NCBI GenBank assembly: GCA_051362555.1
Contig: CM120644.1
Span: 8,936,954 to 9,000,953 of the forward strand
From: Lingula anatina
Taxonomy: Eukaryota > Animalia > Brachiopoda
Direction: 5' to 3'
Length of the DNA stretch: 64,000 nucleotides
Part shown: positions 44,969 through 58,167 of the stretch, one piece after another
Position numbering within the stretch: the stretch's first letter is position 1
Layout of the letters: each line of letters opens with the position of its first letter
The notes under the pieces: generated by a model
Seen by the model: the letters and a program-made list of their open reading frames with translations, nothing else
What the model was told of the DNA's origin: nothing
Databases searched by the model: none
Position numbers and translations under genes: made by a program

Positions 44969-46625
44969 CTTGACATTTAATATGGAATATTTTTTTCCAA
45001 GTCATTTTTCATCAGTTTTTTGCTATTTTGCTGACTGATAAATGAAGATAAGGATTAAAATCGTGTTTTAATAACTTTAAATTATCTCTTTGATGTCATG
45101 CTGACACCAGCTCATTGGTTGAATTCGACAGTGAGGCAAACAGAAATACATTGCCTATTCTATGTCATACGACATCCATTAAAAGAGATATTTTGGATCT
45201 CTATATTTTCAAAATTATCGTCTGTAAAAGAGTTATACGTTACACAATGGACCCTCATGTCAGTGTGTAGTCATAGTAACGGTTGCTGTTACGCCTGGCC
45301 TCTTCTGTCTGTTACCAGCGCTCTCAAGCGGCAAGGCATTCCTTGGGAAAAGTTTTTAGAGTTCAATCTGGAATATTATTCCAGGCATCGGTCCAAAATT
45401 GTCCAATTTGGTCCAGTTTTGATGTAGGGCATGTAAGCAGTTGATTCGGCGAGTAATGGCTTACCCACATATTGTCTATGCGGTTCAAATGTGGCGATTT
45501 TGATGACCAGGGTAGCTGCTCATTCCCTTGGTTCTGTAAGTTATCTGCTATTAAAAGTGCTCTGTGTGAACTGGCAATCTGACCGTGCAACCTAAAATTG
45601 TTCCTAAGGTGCCCCTTATCAAATGATAGTCAAGTGGTTCCCAGATTATTCCTTTATTTGATCTGGTTCAGGTTTTCGTCAATGACTACCATTGGTGTTT
45701 TGGCACCAATGTGGTATCCACTCCAAATACTGACGCTGTCAATGACCCGTGTCACTTTACACGCGGTACATGCTTCGTCGTAGGCCTCTTCTGGATGTCT
45801 GTAAACTCTGTTTTGACTAGCTGGGAGGTACAGGTGAAATCTGACCTCAATAAAGAAAGCCACGCGGTTTCAGTGTTCAACCCAGAAACGGTCATGGCCC
45901 CCAATTCATTAGAGAAACAGACGACGATGTTTTGCTGTTTACAGTGGGTACCTCGCAGGTCATCTGGTATTCTAACCTGCTAAAACCAGTTTGGTGCTCG
46001 TTAAGGGCCTTGGAAAACGCATTTTGGTGGCAATTTACCCCTCGTTCTGAACAGACTGGGTGGCTTTTGTTTAGTTGCAGCAGCGTATCCCGAAAGACAG
46101 TGCGTCCTGTACCCTGGAGATAAGATTTCGATGCATTGGGTGTGACCTCTGTGTAGTTACATCAGTCTGGGCATTACTCTATAAAACTGTGCGGACCGTT
46201 CCGTTTGGCGCTGTAATCTGTCTGGTAATGTGTGTCTTTTTCGCGCCATTCTGCCACAAATTTACAAATTTATAAAGCACTCATTAGCTCATTTTACGCA
46301 CTGCAAAATTGACCGCTTGCATGCAAAATTTCAAATTCTTCTTTGGAATAGTTGCCGACATACGGATACTTTTTTGACAGAACCAAGATTTGCCTAAGCC
46401 AAGCATTGACCAGCCCAAAGGAACACTACCCAATTAAATCACCGCATTTTACATAAAGTATCAGTGCAACAGACATGGAAGTCAGTTAATTGGTAGCGAC
46501 ACACCTGACTACACACTTCTCCATTCACAAATCCTATATGAGATAGGAGTTTTTTGAAAAAAGAACGAATTTTTACCTAGGCATACCTTCGAAACTGAAA
46601 TATTCCATATTAAATGTCAAGTCTG
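44965..46625 (-). mobile_element. Tc1/mariner transposon relic with a degraded transposase
   Basis: 28-bp perfect TIR CAGACTTGACATTTAATATGGAATATTT flanked by TA runs. Minus-strand fragments FFIEVRFHL (F.DESRF-like) and LPWSSKSPHLNRIDNMW (WPxxSPDLNPIE-like) with frameshifts. Confidence 0.88.
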
Positions 46626-47318
46626 TATATATATATATGTGAACACGTGCTCTAGATGTGCTCAGTGGAATGCGTTAGATGAGATTTTCCTTAGAGATTT
46701 CCAAAGCGAGGCTTTAAACAACCGGTGGACGAACAGACAGAACGACGTACCATTCAACTGAATGAAATAAGAAATGAAACCATGTAGACGTCGTATGTCA
46801 CGGTGTAATAACCAATATGAGTTAAAAGAGAGAGAAAAGGTTTGTATGTCAGGCATTAAAAATAATCACAGAGCATTTCAGTGTGTCTCTATTATCAATG
46901 GAATCAGGACACGACAATTTTAATTGGCATTAACGTACATGTAATAACATCGCTAGTGCTCCATTTCCAACTTGCCCCAAGTATATGTATATATGTCAGC
47001 CTGGCATTAACGCCGTTAGAACTCCAACTTGCCACAAGATACTGTATGTCAGCGTAAAGCCTGTATTATAACGATGGATATATTTTATGTTACTGGAAAA
47101 ATAGATGTTCTCTATTTTATTTTAATTTTTCTTCAAATCGCTATGCTTAATTACTTTTTTTCACCAGCATGTTTTTATATTTAAAGTCACATTTATTGAT
47201 GTGCATCGCACCAGCTAGTGCTCATGCTGCAGATTACATTTTTGACACTTTTTTTCAGCAATGTTGAATCTTACTTGACTATCCATTGATTAAAGTCACG
47301 TACACCAACTGTTGCTCA

Positions 47319-50182
47319 ATGGCACGTAACGCGGCATGGCGCCGTACGATCAGCGACTTAGTGAGCTGGAGGCAGGACCAGGCCCTGAACGCAACAATCT
47401 ACATCCTACGTGAGATGGGGCCAACTGGGTTTCTTCTTAAAGAGGAGGGGGAGAGCAAGAAATTCAAGGTGGGGCTTCTGGATTTTTAAGTTATCAATGT
47501 GTGGAAGAAAATCTATTTGTTAAACTATTGGGAAATGCCAATTTCAGTTGACATTTACATGACAAGACTTTACAACAATTATAGAAATAAAAAAAAGAAC
47601 TTCAGAAATAATTTGTTAATGATATTGTCCATTATATTATAACAGGCTTTCCTGGGTGACCCCCACAAATGTACCTGCTCAACTTTTATGAAGGATAAAG
47701 ACCTGTGTAAACACATCTGCTGGTTATTGCTCAAGAAATTCAGGATACCAAGAACTAACCCAGGTGAGTGCTGTCAACCTATATGTTATACATGTATGTA
47801 AGGGATATCTGTACGAGGTTCCACATGTGATAGTTTACATTATAAAGTACATTGTAACTGGTTGACAGTTGCATCTGGAAATTCAGACAGAAGAGCTTTA
47901 TAGTACAGTACTTAATGGATGCATTTCAACACTGTGTAAATTTGGTTTATTTTATTACTGAACTATAACATATAGTCCTAGTGATAAGATGGTTAAGGGT
48001 TTATTTTTGGGAGCATTGAAATATGTGATAGTGTTAAATTAAAATAGAATGGTGTTTTGGATGTGAAACAATTTACAACATTATATTTGGTTGGGATGGT
48101 AGACACTGATACATTTAAATGAGTAAGACATGTTTTTGTTTAATCATTTTTATTTATTTATTTTATTATCAATTAATTAATTAATTTGCTCCTGCAGTCA
48201 CGTGGCAGATGGGTCTTGTAGAACGAGAGATAAATGAACTCCTACGAGGTTTGATGGCACACCAAGATCCTCGCCGAGGACCCCCTGCGAAGAAGGTTAC
48301 AGCGACAACAACTGTAGTTGATGGTCGGCCTGTTTTAGAGCAGAGAGAGATCGGCAAGGAGGATGTGTGCCCTATATGTCAGGAGGAACTGTTAGCTAAA
48401 CATGAGCCTGTCACCTACTGCAAGTATGTACTCCGATAGGATATAATGCCAAGCTGAAAAGTGAAATTAGTTAGTAATACGGCAATGACTTGATCTTTTT
48501 ATGGGGAAAAATTGTGAGTTTTACAGCTTCTGTATTTTTTTAAAGTCATAAATTCTTAAAATGACAACTTTCCCATTGAGTGGTAGCAGTAAAAAGGAAA
48601 GCAGGCTACCCAGTAGTTCTTTTGTATCCAGCCCAAGCACCACAAATGCTGTATAGGATACAATACAATTTTAAATGATTCTGAAATTGTGTATAAGAAA
48701 GATTATAAATGTTCACATTGAACAGATCAGGACATAACCTTATTAACTGTGCAATGATAATTATTCATATTTTAATGATTGTCAGCACAAAGAGTCTTTT
48801 TTTTCTCTCAAATGATGAGGAAGGAAATAGAATATCAGCACATCATTATTCTAATATTTGGTACATAAATTATGTTGTTGTTTTTTTTTTCATTTCTGTC
48901 ATTTTTCACTTCATTTTCAAAAAATAAATAAAACCCAAGAGTTTAATATTGAAAAAAGAAAAATGTGCTATTTTTAAGAATATCACCAAATGTTGTAGTA
49001 ATAATGTAATCAGTTGTCTCATGTATCATGTACTGAAAATTATTTACCTTATGTTCTCATATTCCCAGGTTTGGATGTGCCAATAGTATTCACATCAAAT
49101 GTATGAAGGTATGGGCAGAGCATCAAAAATCATCTGGAGAAACCGTCATCAAATGCCCATTCTGTCGTGAAGATTTTGGTCCATTCGATCTCCTGAGACA
49201 GGAGTATGCCAATAGCTCAGTGCGGCAGACGAGAGCCGAAAGACTTGACCTTCACCTTGGGTCAGTGTGTGGCGGCTGCAGGGTGTGTCCTATACAGGGG
49301 AAGTGTTACAAGTCAGTATTTGTTTGTCATACTTTTTATTTCTTTAAATTGACCTTAAAATGTATCTTGAATTGAACAAAGTCTTTATCTTTTTCATTTC
49401 AGCCTTGTAATATTTACAGTGGCTACATAATTGTGATTTTTTATTTGTGTAGTTGATCAGTGATATTTAGTTTGTGATTAAGAGAGGCACTGTAAGATAT
49501 TGAACAGATAGTAGAGATACAGACATGCTGAAAACTTTTCAGAATGGCCGGACATTTGGACCAGCAGTAATGAAAAATTTGCCGGACCGAATGCATTTTT
49601 GTCGCACCGAAAATGACTCTATTCGTTTGAGACAGATACTACCAGTACGATTAGGGTAGCTTACTTTGTTTGTGAATGTGATAGGTTTGAAATGGAAGGG
49701 AAAAAACACTTTGGGTTTTATATAATTTTATTAGTGACGTATGTCGAATGATAACTGTAAATTCAAAATAGCGGCTCTTAAAACTCTTGTCGGTCCTTTG
49801 GACCGACCAAGTCCAATTTTTTACCGGTCCAGACAAATTTTCCCGGTCATGACCGACCGGACCGAGAGTTTCAGCATGTCTGGAGATACATGTGTACTAT
49901 TATGACTACGTAATTGTTTTTTTATGAGAAATGTGTGTTACAACCAAATAATATCCATGCACACCTCCCATTTCAGCTGCACAGTCTGTGTGACCTATTA
50001 CCTGTGTCAGGAGTGTTTTAACACACAGATCCACACTGAACATTCCTTCCAGTTTAGACAGGTAGGTGGTTCTTATCTGTCCCAGGCAGTAATTATATTT
50101 TTAATTACTATTTTGGCTGCATAGAGATAAACTGGTATTTTCAAGCAACTTTTAATTTTTTCAGTGGATCATAGCTCTTTAA

Positions 50183-50222
<40 letters not shown>

Positions 50223-51908
50223 CTTTTTTGTATTCCTGGTTGGAACGTTATGAATGCATAAAGCAAGCCAGGCATCAAGTAGTTTTTGTGAGAAGCAACA
50301 CTGTAGGCTCTCAAGATGAGAAAGGGAAAAGTCTTAAAAGTTAAATGTACAAAATATGTTTATGATCAGAAACCCACACAGAGATGGCGTCCTGCACAGA
50401 GAGGGTCTGGGACGGCACTACCTAGTGCTGTGGTGAACAATTTGATGAACAGGGAGATCAGGGAGGAAGATTACGATATGTTACTACAGCTAGACAGGTA
50501 CTGGCACACCTAACACAATATACACAATGGTTGGTTTAACCAATGTTTGAAACCTGCTCCAATATAGCTATAACTAACAAACACGTAAATATCTACTACA
50601 CAGTACATGAGACAGTCTTATATTTTATTTAGTCTATTACATGCAAGTCTAAAACATTGCCATTTTGTCCACTTAGTGCGTTATGATAGTAATACTGCAA
50701 AACTGCGCCAACATACCTTTAATTCATGCTAGAACATGATCCTTTTCTCAGAGCCAGGTCCAGTGAGTTTTTTCTGCCATGAATATCTCAGCAGTTGTAG
50801 AAATGATATTTCAACATGTTAAAACTACAATCACTTATCAATTTGTCTATTTTTCTGTTTCTAGTACTGCAGCCAACCAAGTAAGCAACATCCCAGAGGA
50901 GGTGGTGAAAGGTTTCCCCACAGAACGTGTCAGGGACGGCAGTAAGCTGCTGGCACCTGGGGAGCAGTGCAGGGTTTGTCTGAGAGCTTTCCAGGCTGGA
51001 CAGCAGATCAGGAGATTACCTGTCTGTAAACATAAGGTGTGTATTCCTCTAAATGTAAGTGTGAAACTGAGGTTTTATGAAGATTACCCTGAGTTTGTCA
51101 GTGTGTTAGCTGTTATATAATCATAAGAGGACAATGCACTGTAGATGCTGTATATTTTAGTTTCATACACATGTAGACTGTATAGACAATACACTGTATA
51201 TATTGTTTATTCCAGTTTCACATAGACTGTATAGACATGCACTATAAATATTGTATATTTCAGTTTCACATAGATTGTATAGACAACACCTTATACTAGT
51301 AGATGTTGTTTATTCCAGTTTCACATAGACTGTATAGACAACTGGCTGATCCACCAGCGCCCTACATGTCCCATAGATGGTCAGGTGGTGTGGAGCCCTC
51401 TCATGGCAGAGATGGAAGAGCAGGAGAAAGAAAGGTGAGTGCTTCCTGAGAGAGAGAGAGAGAGAGAGAGGGGTGGGGAGGGAGGGAGAGAGAGAATTTG
51501 AGCTAATGCACACAGCTGTGACAGTATGATTATGTAATGTCACATTTATGCCATTATGTTTATATGGTGAATTGGTGGAAAAGTGAAAAAAAAGACAGAA
51601 ATGCACATAATAACATTTAAACAAAAACTTCTGTTTATAATAAGTAGTAGGATATTAGCAGGAATAAAATGTATAAGAATAACATACACAAGAGTAACAA
51701 TAGATGCATTTGTACTTTCTGTTCCAGAAAACGTCAGAGGAAGAAAGAGGAGGCTAATGCTAGAGCTGAGCAACAGGAGCAGCAAGCCAATGGTCTTGTC
51801 CTGGAAATCCCAGGAGTAGGCTTAATTAGGTAGGCCAACTGTAACATACAGCTTCTACTGACCTAAACTGGTTTGATCTTAATAACATCTTGTTCTCTAT
51901 TCAGGGAT

Positions 51909-51942
<34 letters not shown>

Positions 51943-54900
51943 GACTATTGGTGGATTTCCTGTTCTTTGGGAGCCAAAAATATCATTGGCCTAGTCAGCC
52001 CCCTGTACCCCAGACCATATTTCCTAAGTTTTTTTTTTTTTTTTTTTTTACTAAATGGCAGTCTCATTCCTGTATATTGTAATAAGGGTGGTGTCTCCCT
52101 AGCAGTACCACTGTTTTCCCTTGATTGAAACAGGTAGCTGTGGTTGAACAAAAAAAAACTGAGCAATGTCTATAGAGTCATGCTGTGCAGCAGCCAGCTG
52201 GATTGCACATTGGCACTGCTGATATAATTCAAGCCTACATAATGGGATTTTGACTGCTGGAAACCAGTGAACAGAGCCAAGGCGTCCTGTGGTTAAACTA
52301 ATCAAACTGATTGGCAGTCAGCCTAAGGAACTTGTCTAGGTGGTAAATTCCTGGAAATAGCTGTCTGTAGGCCTGTTATTCCTGGGAGATTGACTCAAAT
52401 TTGGCTGTTTGGAATGGAGCGAGGGCTTTTTTTTCACATATTGGACAAGTAAATCATTTGTTAAGATACATGTATTGAGCTATTTTTTATTGAGCAACAG
52501 CCCTGGCTGTGAACAGTCCTGTTTCTGCACAGCATTATTCCAGCTTGTGGTTTTATTAAACAGCCGTGAGTCCGTGTTCAAGACTATTGCTTCTGTGCCA
52601 TTAGCTTGATTACCTTTAGAACTGTGTGACCACTACCTGGCTATGGATTATTTTAACATTATTTATAAGGACTATCTGATCTTGGGAATTTCCCAAGGAA
52701 TGTTGTTTAGATGGTAGACAAGACAAACTTTTGTCTGCTTCAGGCAAAGTGATGCATGTTTTGAAGTTGCTTTTTTTAGCCTTATTGTTTTTTCATATCT
52801 TGTGTTCTTAGTCAAAAGATGTACAAAATAGGAAATGTATGCTACAAGTACATTAATATTTATACTCAAGTAAGCACTAAATTTTTGTTTGTATATTATC
52901 TTTTTATTTTTAATATGATAAAAATGATAATGGATAAGTTGACAGCAAATTCATATTATTTTTATGTCTGTTATTGTAAGTATTCAGTCAAGTAATAACA
53001 GTTATTTATTTATTTCTAGGCGTGGTACCACTGGCTCATTGGGATCACTCAGTACAAATAAGAGTTCCAAGCCCAAAACGTCAGCCTACAACTCCATACC
53101 TCTGAACTTTGCTCTCACAGGAACTGGGCTGAATTCACCACAAAGGTGGGCTTTTTTTTTTATAATACTACTTCCAGGCCCGTAGCCAGCAATTTCAAAA
53201 GGGGGGTTCTTTTTCTGAAGAAGTGGACCTTTTTCCATAAAAACTTCATGTACCTAGATCAAATTTTACCCAGAGTGGACCTTTTCCCAGAAAAAGGGGC
53301 GGTTCTTTCTAACCCCCTGAACCGCCCTGGCTATGGGCCTGACTTCTAATAATTAAAACTTGATTCTTGTTATTATTATTACCATTATTGTTTTGAAGAT
53401 CATAATGCTATCACTGCACATAATGTTTTAGTATGTTATTTTAACATACTTGAAATTTTATTTTTTGTAAAAGACATTTAAACATTGATTTTCGATTTCA
53501 AAGGTAGATTTTAAACTCATTGAGACCAAATTGTATGCAAATCTATTTGCAGTAAATCAGATATTTTTATATTCTCAGAGTTTGTAGACTGTCAGTAGAG
53601 TCATTCATGATTTACGCACTGGCTTGCTAATTGTAAATGACTTTGAATGTTAATATTTTCTCTATTCAGTGAACCTTCTAGTCCCAGTAGCGTCTCCAGT
53701 CCAACACAGCTGCTTAGTCGAGTCCGCATCAATCGTCGTCTTGTGCCAAGCGATGTTCGCACCCAACAAGTCACGCCCAGTGTTCCTTCCATCCCTCTTC
53801 CGCGAAACCTCAATAACAATGACGTAGGTGCAGCCGCAGCAATAAGTACGAACTCACCTGTAAATAGAGGCTGGAGACCTTCAAGCATCACAAGCTCTCC
53901 TGGAGCTGGAGGGAGGAAACCACCAAGCGGTAGAAATAGCAGTGGGGGTGTGCGAAACGAAAGTGGATTTGACAGCGGTATGTAGGTAATTGCTGGCTAT
54001 GTTTATAGATGTTGTGCTTCATCAATTTTTTTTATTTGTCTCAATTTGCGTAATCATAAAGGCTACAGTTTCCTCGATTGTCAGACCCAAAAAGTTGCAA
54101 GCTTAATCTATAAAGAAGATTGCTAACAAGAAGGTTTATTTAAACATGAAAGACTAATAAGCAGTTTCTGACATCTGTTTCGCCTGGAGTCACACTTTTG
54201 ACAATCCATAAAAATGTGACATCAAATAATAAATTAATCAGATCTTTTATTCAACAATGTACATGTAGTTATTGAAAAATGATATGATTGTGAAACCTGT
54301 CACACCTAACACAATAAAATGGTGCTTTATAGATATCCTGGTTTACAAACAAGTGCTTTCACAGAAGTTAGTGCACCACACATTCATATTTATTATTCTC
54401 TTTTCTACTCAATATTGCACTTCCCATTACAGACCCAGAGTCACAGAGAAGAAGCCGAATGAGGCAGAAAGCTGCCGCAGCTGCAGAAAAACGTGCTCGG
54501 AGCTCTAGCACCAGTGGCCAATCAAACAGGCCAGATTCTGGCGATTCAGGTCAAGGTCACACTGCTGATGACACCCTGGGACTTTATCTTGGACGAGTGC
54601 CATCCCCACACCAGGACTCGAGTCCATTGTCCAAACCACGAGCCCCAGCAGGTCGCCTCTTGCCTCTGTCACATGACAGAGCTATTACTCATTCCACCAG
54701 CAGAGGGCAGCAGGGTGCTTCAGAAGCCAGGACAGGACAGGACCTTACTGATTTGTATTTAGGTTTGGATCCCCCTATAGTGGATAGTGGCTCAATTGCT
54801 AATAACATTATGTCCGGTTTAACGGTTCCCAAGCAACGTTCAAATACCAAAGACAAACCAAGGACGGTACAAACACACGAACCTGATTTAGCAGGACTGT

Positions 54901-55082
54901 ACCTAGGTCTTGGTCCCCAGACGGCAGCAGCTACTGACTCTGAAACTACCACTAGGGGGCGGTTAAAGAGAGGTGGTGCCAATACAGGCCCAAACCCAAC
55001 TAATACAAGACAGCCATGCATTGATACTATTGAACTCACTGGTAATAGCCTAAGTGGGCTGGCTATTCATGATGACACATGA
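47319..55082 (+). CDS. ZSWIM2: E3 ubiquitin ligase ZSWIM2-like (SWIM, RING, ZZ, RING, disordered tail), 12 coding exons
   Basis: In-frame exons 47319-47468, 47646-47763, 48198-48423, 49069-49311, 49977-50061, 50370-50497, 50865-51036, 51319-51434, 51728-51829, 53020-53145, 53670-53977, 54433-55082. SWIM CTC..CKH, RING CPIC..CPFC, ZZ CGGC..CTVC..CQEC..H..H, second RING CRVC..CKHKFHIDC..CPID, and REIREEDYDMLLQLD. Confidence 0.92.
49520..49882. mobile_element. hAT-like MITE in a ZSWIM2 intron
   Basis: CAGACATGCTGAAA...TTTCAGCATGTCTG TIRs, GAGATA on both flanks (imperfect TSD), and subterminal CCGGAC/GACCG repeats. Confidence 0.65.
51135..51340 (+). repeat. ~48-55 bp x4 tandem repeat across a ZSWIM2 splice acceptor
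   Basis: YAG|TTTCA..TAGAYTGTATAGACA recurs with exon-start positions 51161, 51216, 51264 and 51319. Only the last continues the RING reading frame. Confidence 0.88.
53175..53341. mobile_element. Small hAT-like MITE
   Basis: CAGGCCCGTAGCCAG...CTGGCTATGGGCCTG TIRs. A related degenerate copy lies at ~59053-59238. Confidence 0.6.
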
Positions 55083-58000
55083 TAGACCAGAGGTTTATAA
55101 CTATTTGTTGCAGAAAATTGCTATATGCTCAATCCAGTTTGCCCCAGGTGGGCTTATGTTCTGTACATGACCTTCAGTAATTTATAGTCCTGAGCCATTC
55201 CATGATAAATAAGATACAGGGTCAATAGAACCACTAGTGTGAGTGTGCATGTTTGCATGCATATGGTTGCATGAGTGGGTGTTTTTGCACTTGTGTGTGT
55301 GCACATACCCAACCACATATGAGCTTGGTATCTGAATGTATGTCTGTCTGAATGTCTGTCGAATAGGATACAGTTAGCAGGGCCATAAATATGTGTGCGT
55401 GGCTGCATGCCTGTGCATGTGTAACTCTCTGTCTACACGTGTATATGCATATCCATGTTTGTGTGCTGGTACATTTTATGTGAAATGCAGTGTTCATTTT
55501 TAAAATACCTGCTAACATGATATCAGATTGCAGTGTATATGTCAGGAGTATGCACAAACAACACTTGTTCAGATGAGTGCATTTATTCATTTATATACAT
55601 TTACATAATGTTAAATGCAGACACATGCTTTTCAACATTGTACAGCGTGTGTGTGTTTGTGTGTGTGTGTGTGTGTGAGGGAGAGAGAGAGAGAGAATAC
55701 AGCCGGGCTACATTTCTGGTACTCTCACCAGTAGTATAGAATGTTCAGGCCACAGCTGTATACAGCACACAACTAGTGTTAAGTGAAGTGCAATGAATTG
55801 ATCCAATGATCTCATAAGTTACCAGTTAACTACCCATCCGACAAGGAGATGGGTTACTTTTCATTCCTTTGTCAATAAAAATGTGACAATAAACTAATGT
55901 CTTTCTCCATTCTGTTATTTATAATGAATCTAGCGCCATGAGGCTGGCATCACCTCGTTTAAGGCGTCTGAGCCGCGTTCAACCACTGTAAGCGTTTATT
56001 CATTCTTCGACCTTTAAAAAAGCGATTACCATGAATGGACCCCCGCAATTGTCAGTTGATCATGAAAATGCCAGCTTTCGTGTATTTGCTTAAAGAGATC
56101 AAAGAATATATCATCATTAAACGGAGTAATCTGTAATCCTAGTCTTTTGGCAAAAATATGGTCTTGCATTCATTGACTTTAGAAAGATGGTGCCATTTAT
56201 AGGTGTGTCATGATCACTTACGAGAGCAACAGATCATTTCTGAAACGAACAAAGAAAACATACCACAGAGAAACATTGTTTGAAACCCCAGAAATTGGCT
56301 TGGGAATTCTAATCGCACATGAACCTAGAATTTATTCATCAGAAGAAGGGAAAATGTGCTTATCGATTTAAAAAGAATGAAAAAAGGAATCCAAATATAA
56401 ACAAAGTGTTTCGATAATCCAATTGTCTTCTAAAGAGTGGAAAAATGAAAAATGTTCTTTGGTGGAACCAATTTTGTGCGTGTAATGAAAAGCGGAAATG
56501 TCAAATTGGGACATATAAATGTAGACTGATAAAGCACGAGTGTGTGGGTTGGGGAAAGGGCTGTATGTATGTATGTATGTATGTATGTATGTATATAAGT
56601 ACATGTACACATGTGTCATGTGCGTATCTTTCCGGTTTGGTTATTCTAGCCCAGAAGATACATGTAAGTAATCTCTGGGAAATGAAGTTTTCTTCAGTCA
56701 TTTGCTCCGTTTCGACTCACTGTTCAGACGAGCGTCAAACTCTACCGTCATGTTTCTACACGTAGGCGTATATTATAGATTTTGAGGCGATCATCAGCTG
56801 TATGATTTGACATATTACATATTACATCATCAAAGGAAATGTATTTATTCATTTAATTATAATTTATTGCGCCATAATCCAAGTACTGCCTCTATCTCGA
56901 TGTATGCAGTTGCTGTGGAGAGGTTCTCAAACTGGATCCAAATGCTTTTTATGGTGTCATTCAATGTACCCACTCACTAACCAAATGGATTCCAGACATC
57001 TCAACCAATGGATTGACAAAACACATTTTAATGATTGAGTTCAGCTGATTGCTTGGTAGACACGCTGCAGGACTAAGCATTGAATGCGATCAACTCAGTA
57101 CCTGTGCAATTTTATCTGCATTGTGTAAAATATTCAACTGGGCCATATTCATCTCAAAGAAAACCTGCGGCAGATTTCACAATAGAAAATTCATCGGAAA
57201 TTGGTCTTTACTTTTTGGTAAACAATTTTCGCTCTCCTCCAGTTCAAGTTGAATCCATATCGGCGTGCTTATGAAATGTAACAATTGGCCTGAAATATTA
57301 GAGAAGTCTTTCCTGTTATTAAACAGGCGCCATATTTCATTTAATTAGACTACGTACATGTACTACTGATTTATCTTCGGTCAAAGTAGATTCAATTTTT
57401 GTTTCAAACGTTTCGACCAATTTTGGGATGTATGGTTCTTTGGTGAAGCGGGCTCCTGGTAGCGTATCATGGTTCCCCAGCGAGCTGACCTCTCTCTTCG
57501 CCCGGGCGCACGACACACGGTTTTATTCACCGTTTAATGTTAGGAAACGCTCTCTGACGGGACACTTAATCGAAGAGAGAATTGATCAGTCGTTCGTTAA
57601 TTGTGGCACAGTCTTAATAACCGACGCCCGCGTTTCTTTCCATGCAGCAGTTTACAATTGGATTTGACTGGTAAGATGCACGGCGGAATCGATAGGGTAC
57701 TTTCATACCTCATTACCCCAGTGTCTGGGGGAAACGATTGCCAATGAAGCCAATTACGACTCTGGAACCGTTTTCCAATGGAAACCAGACATTGCTTGCC
57801 CTCGGCTTCTTCGTTTTTTCCTCCATAATGATAGATTACTTCTAATGTCACGCTTGTCTAACTTATTGCGGTAAGGACACAGGTTTATGATTATTCTGAA
57901 GTATTATGTTTTCTGGAGCAATCAAGCGCGCACGGATGCACAAACACGCACGCATTCTACATGAACACAGACCTGATATCCGTAAAATTTGCCATAGAAC

Positions 58001-58132
58001 CATGCGCAACTGAAATACAATCTAAAATTTATAAACCGTCCGAAATTCCAAGACCTAACTTTGATATATATATAAACCTTCTTTATATAGAATGTCAGTA
58101 GTTACACTCTGCATTGCGTATGCTAATACACA

Positions 58133-58167
<35 letters not shown>

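Noticed and set aside
54689-55039. 116-aa minus-strand ORF and alternative-frame ORFs over the ZSWIM2 last exons
   Set aside because: Shadows of the GC-richer coding exon with no independent support.
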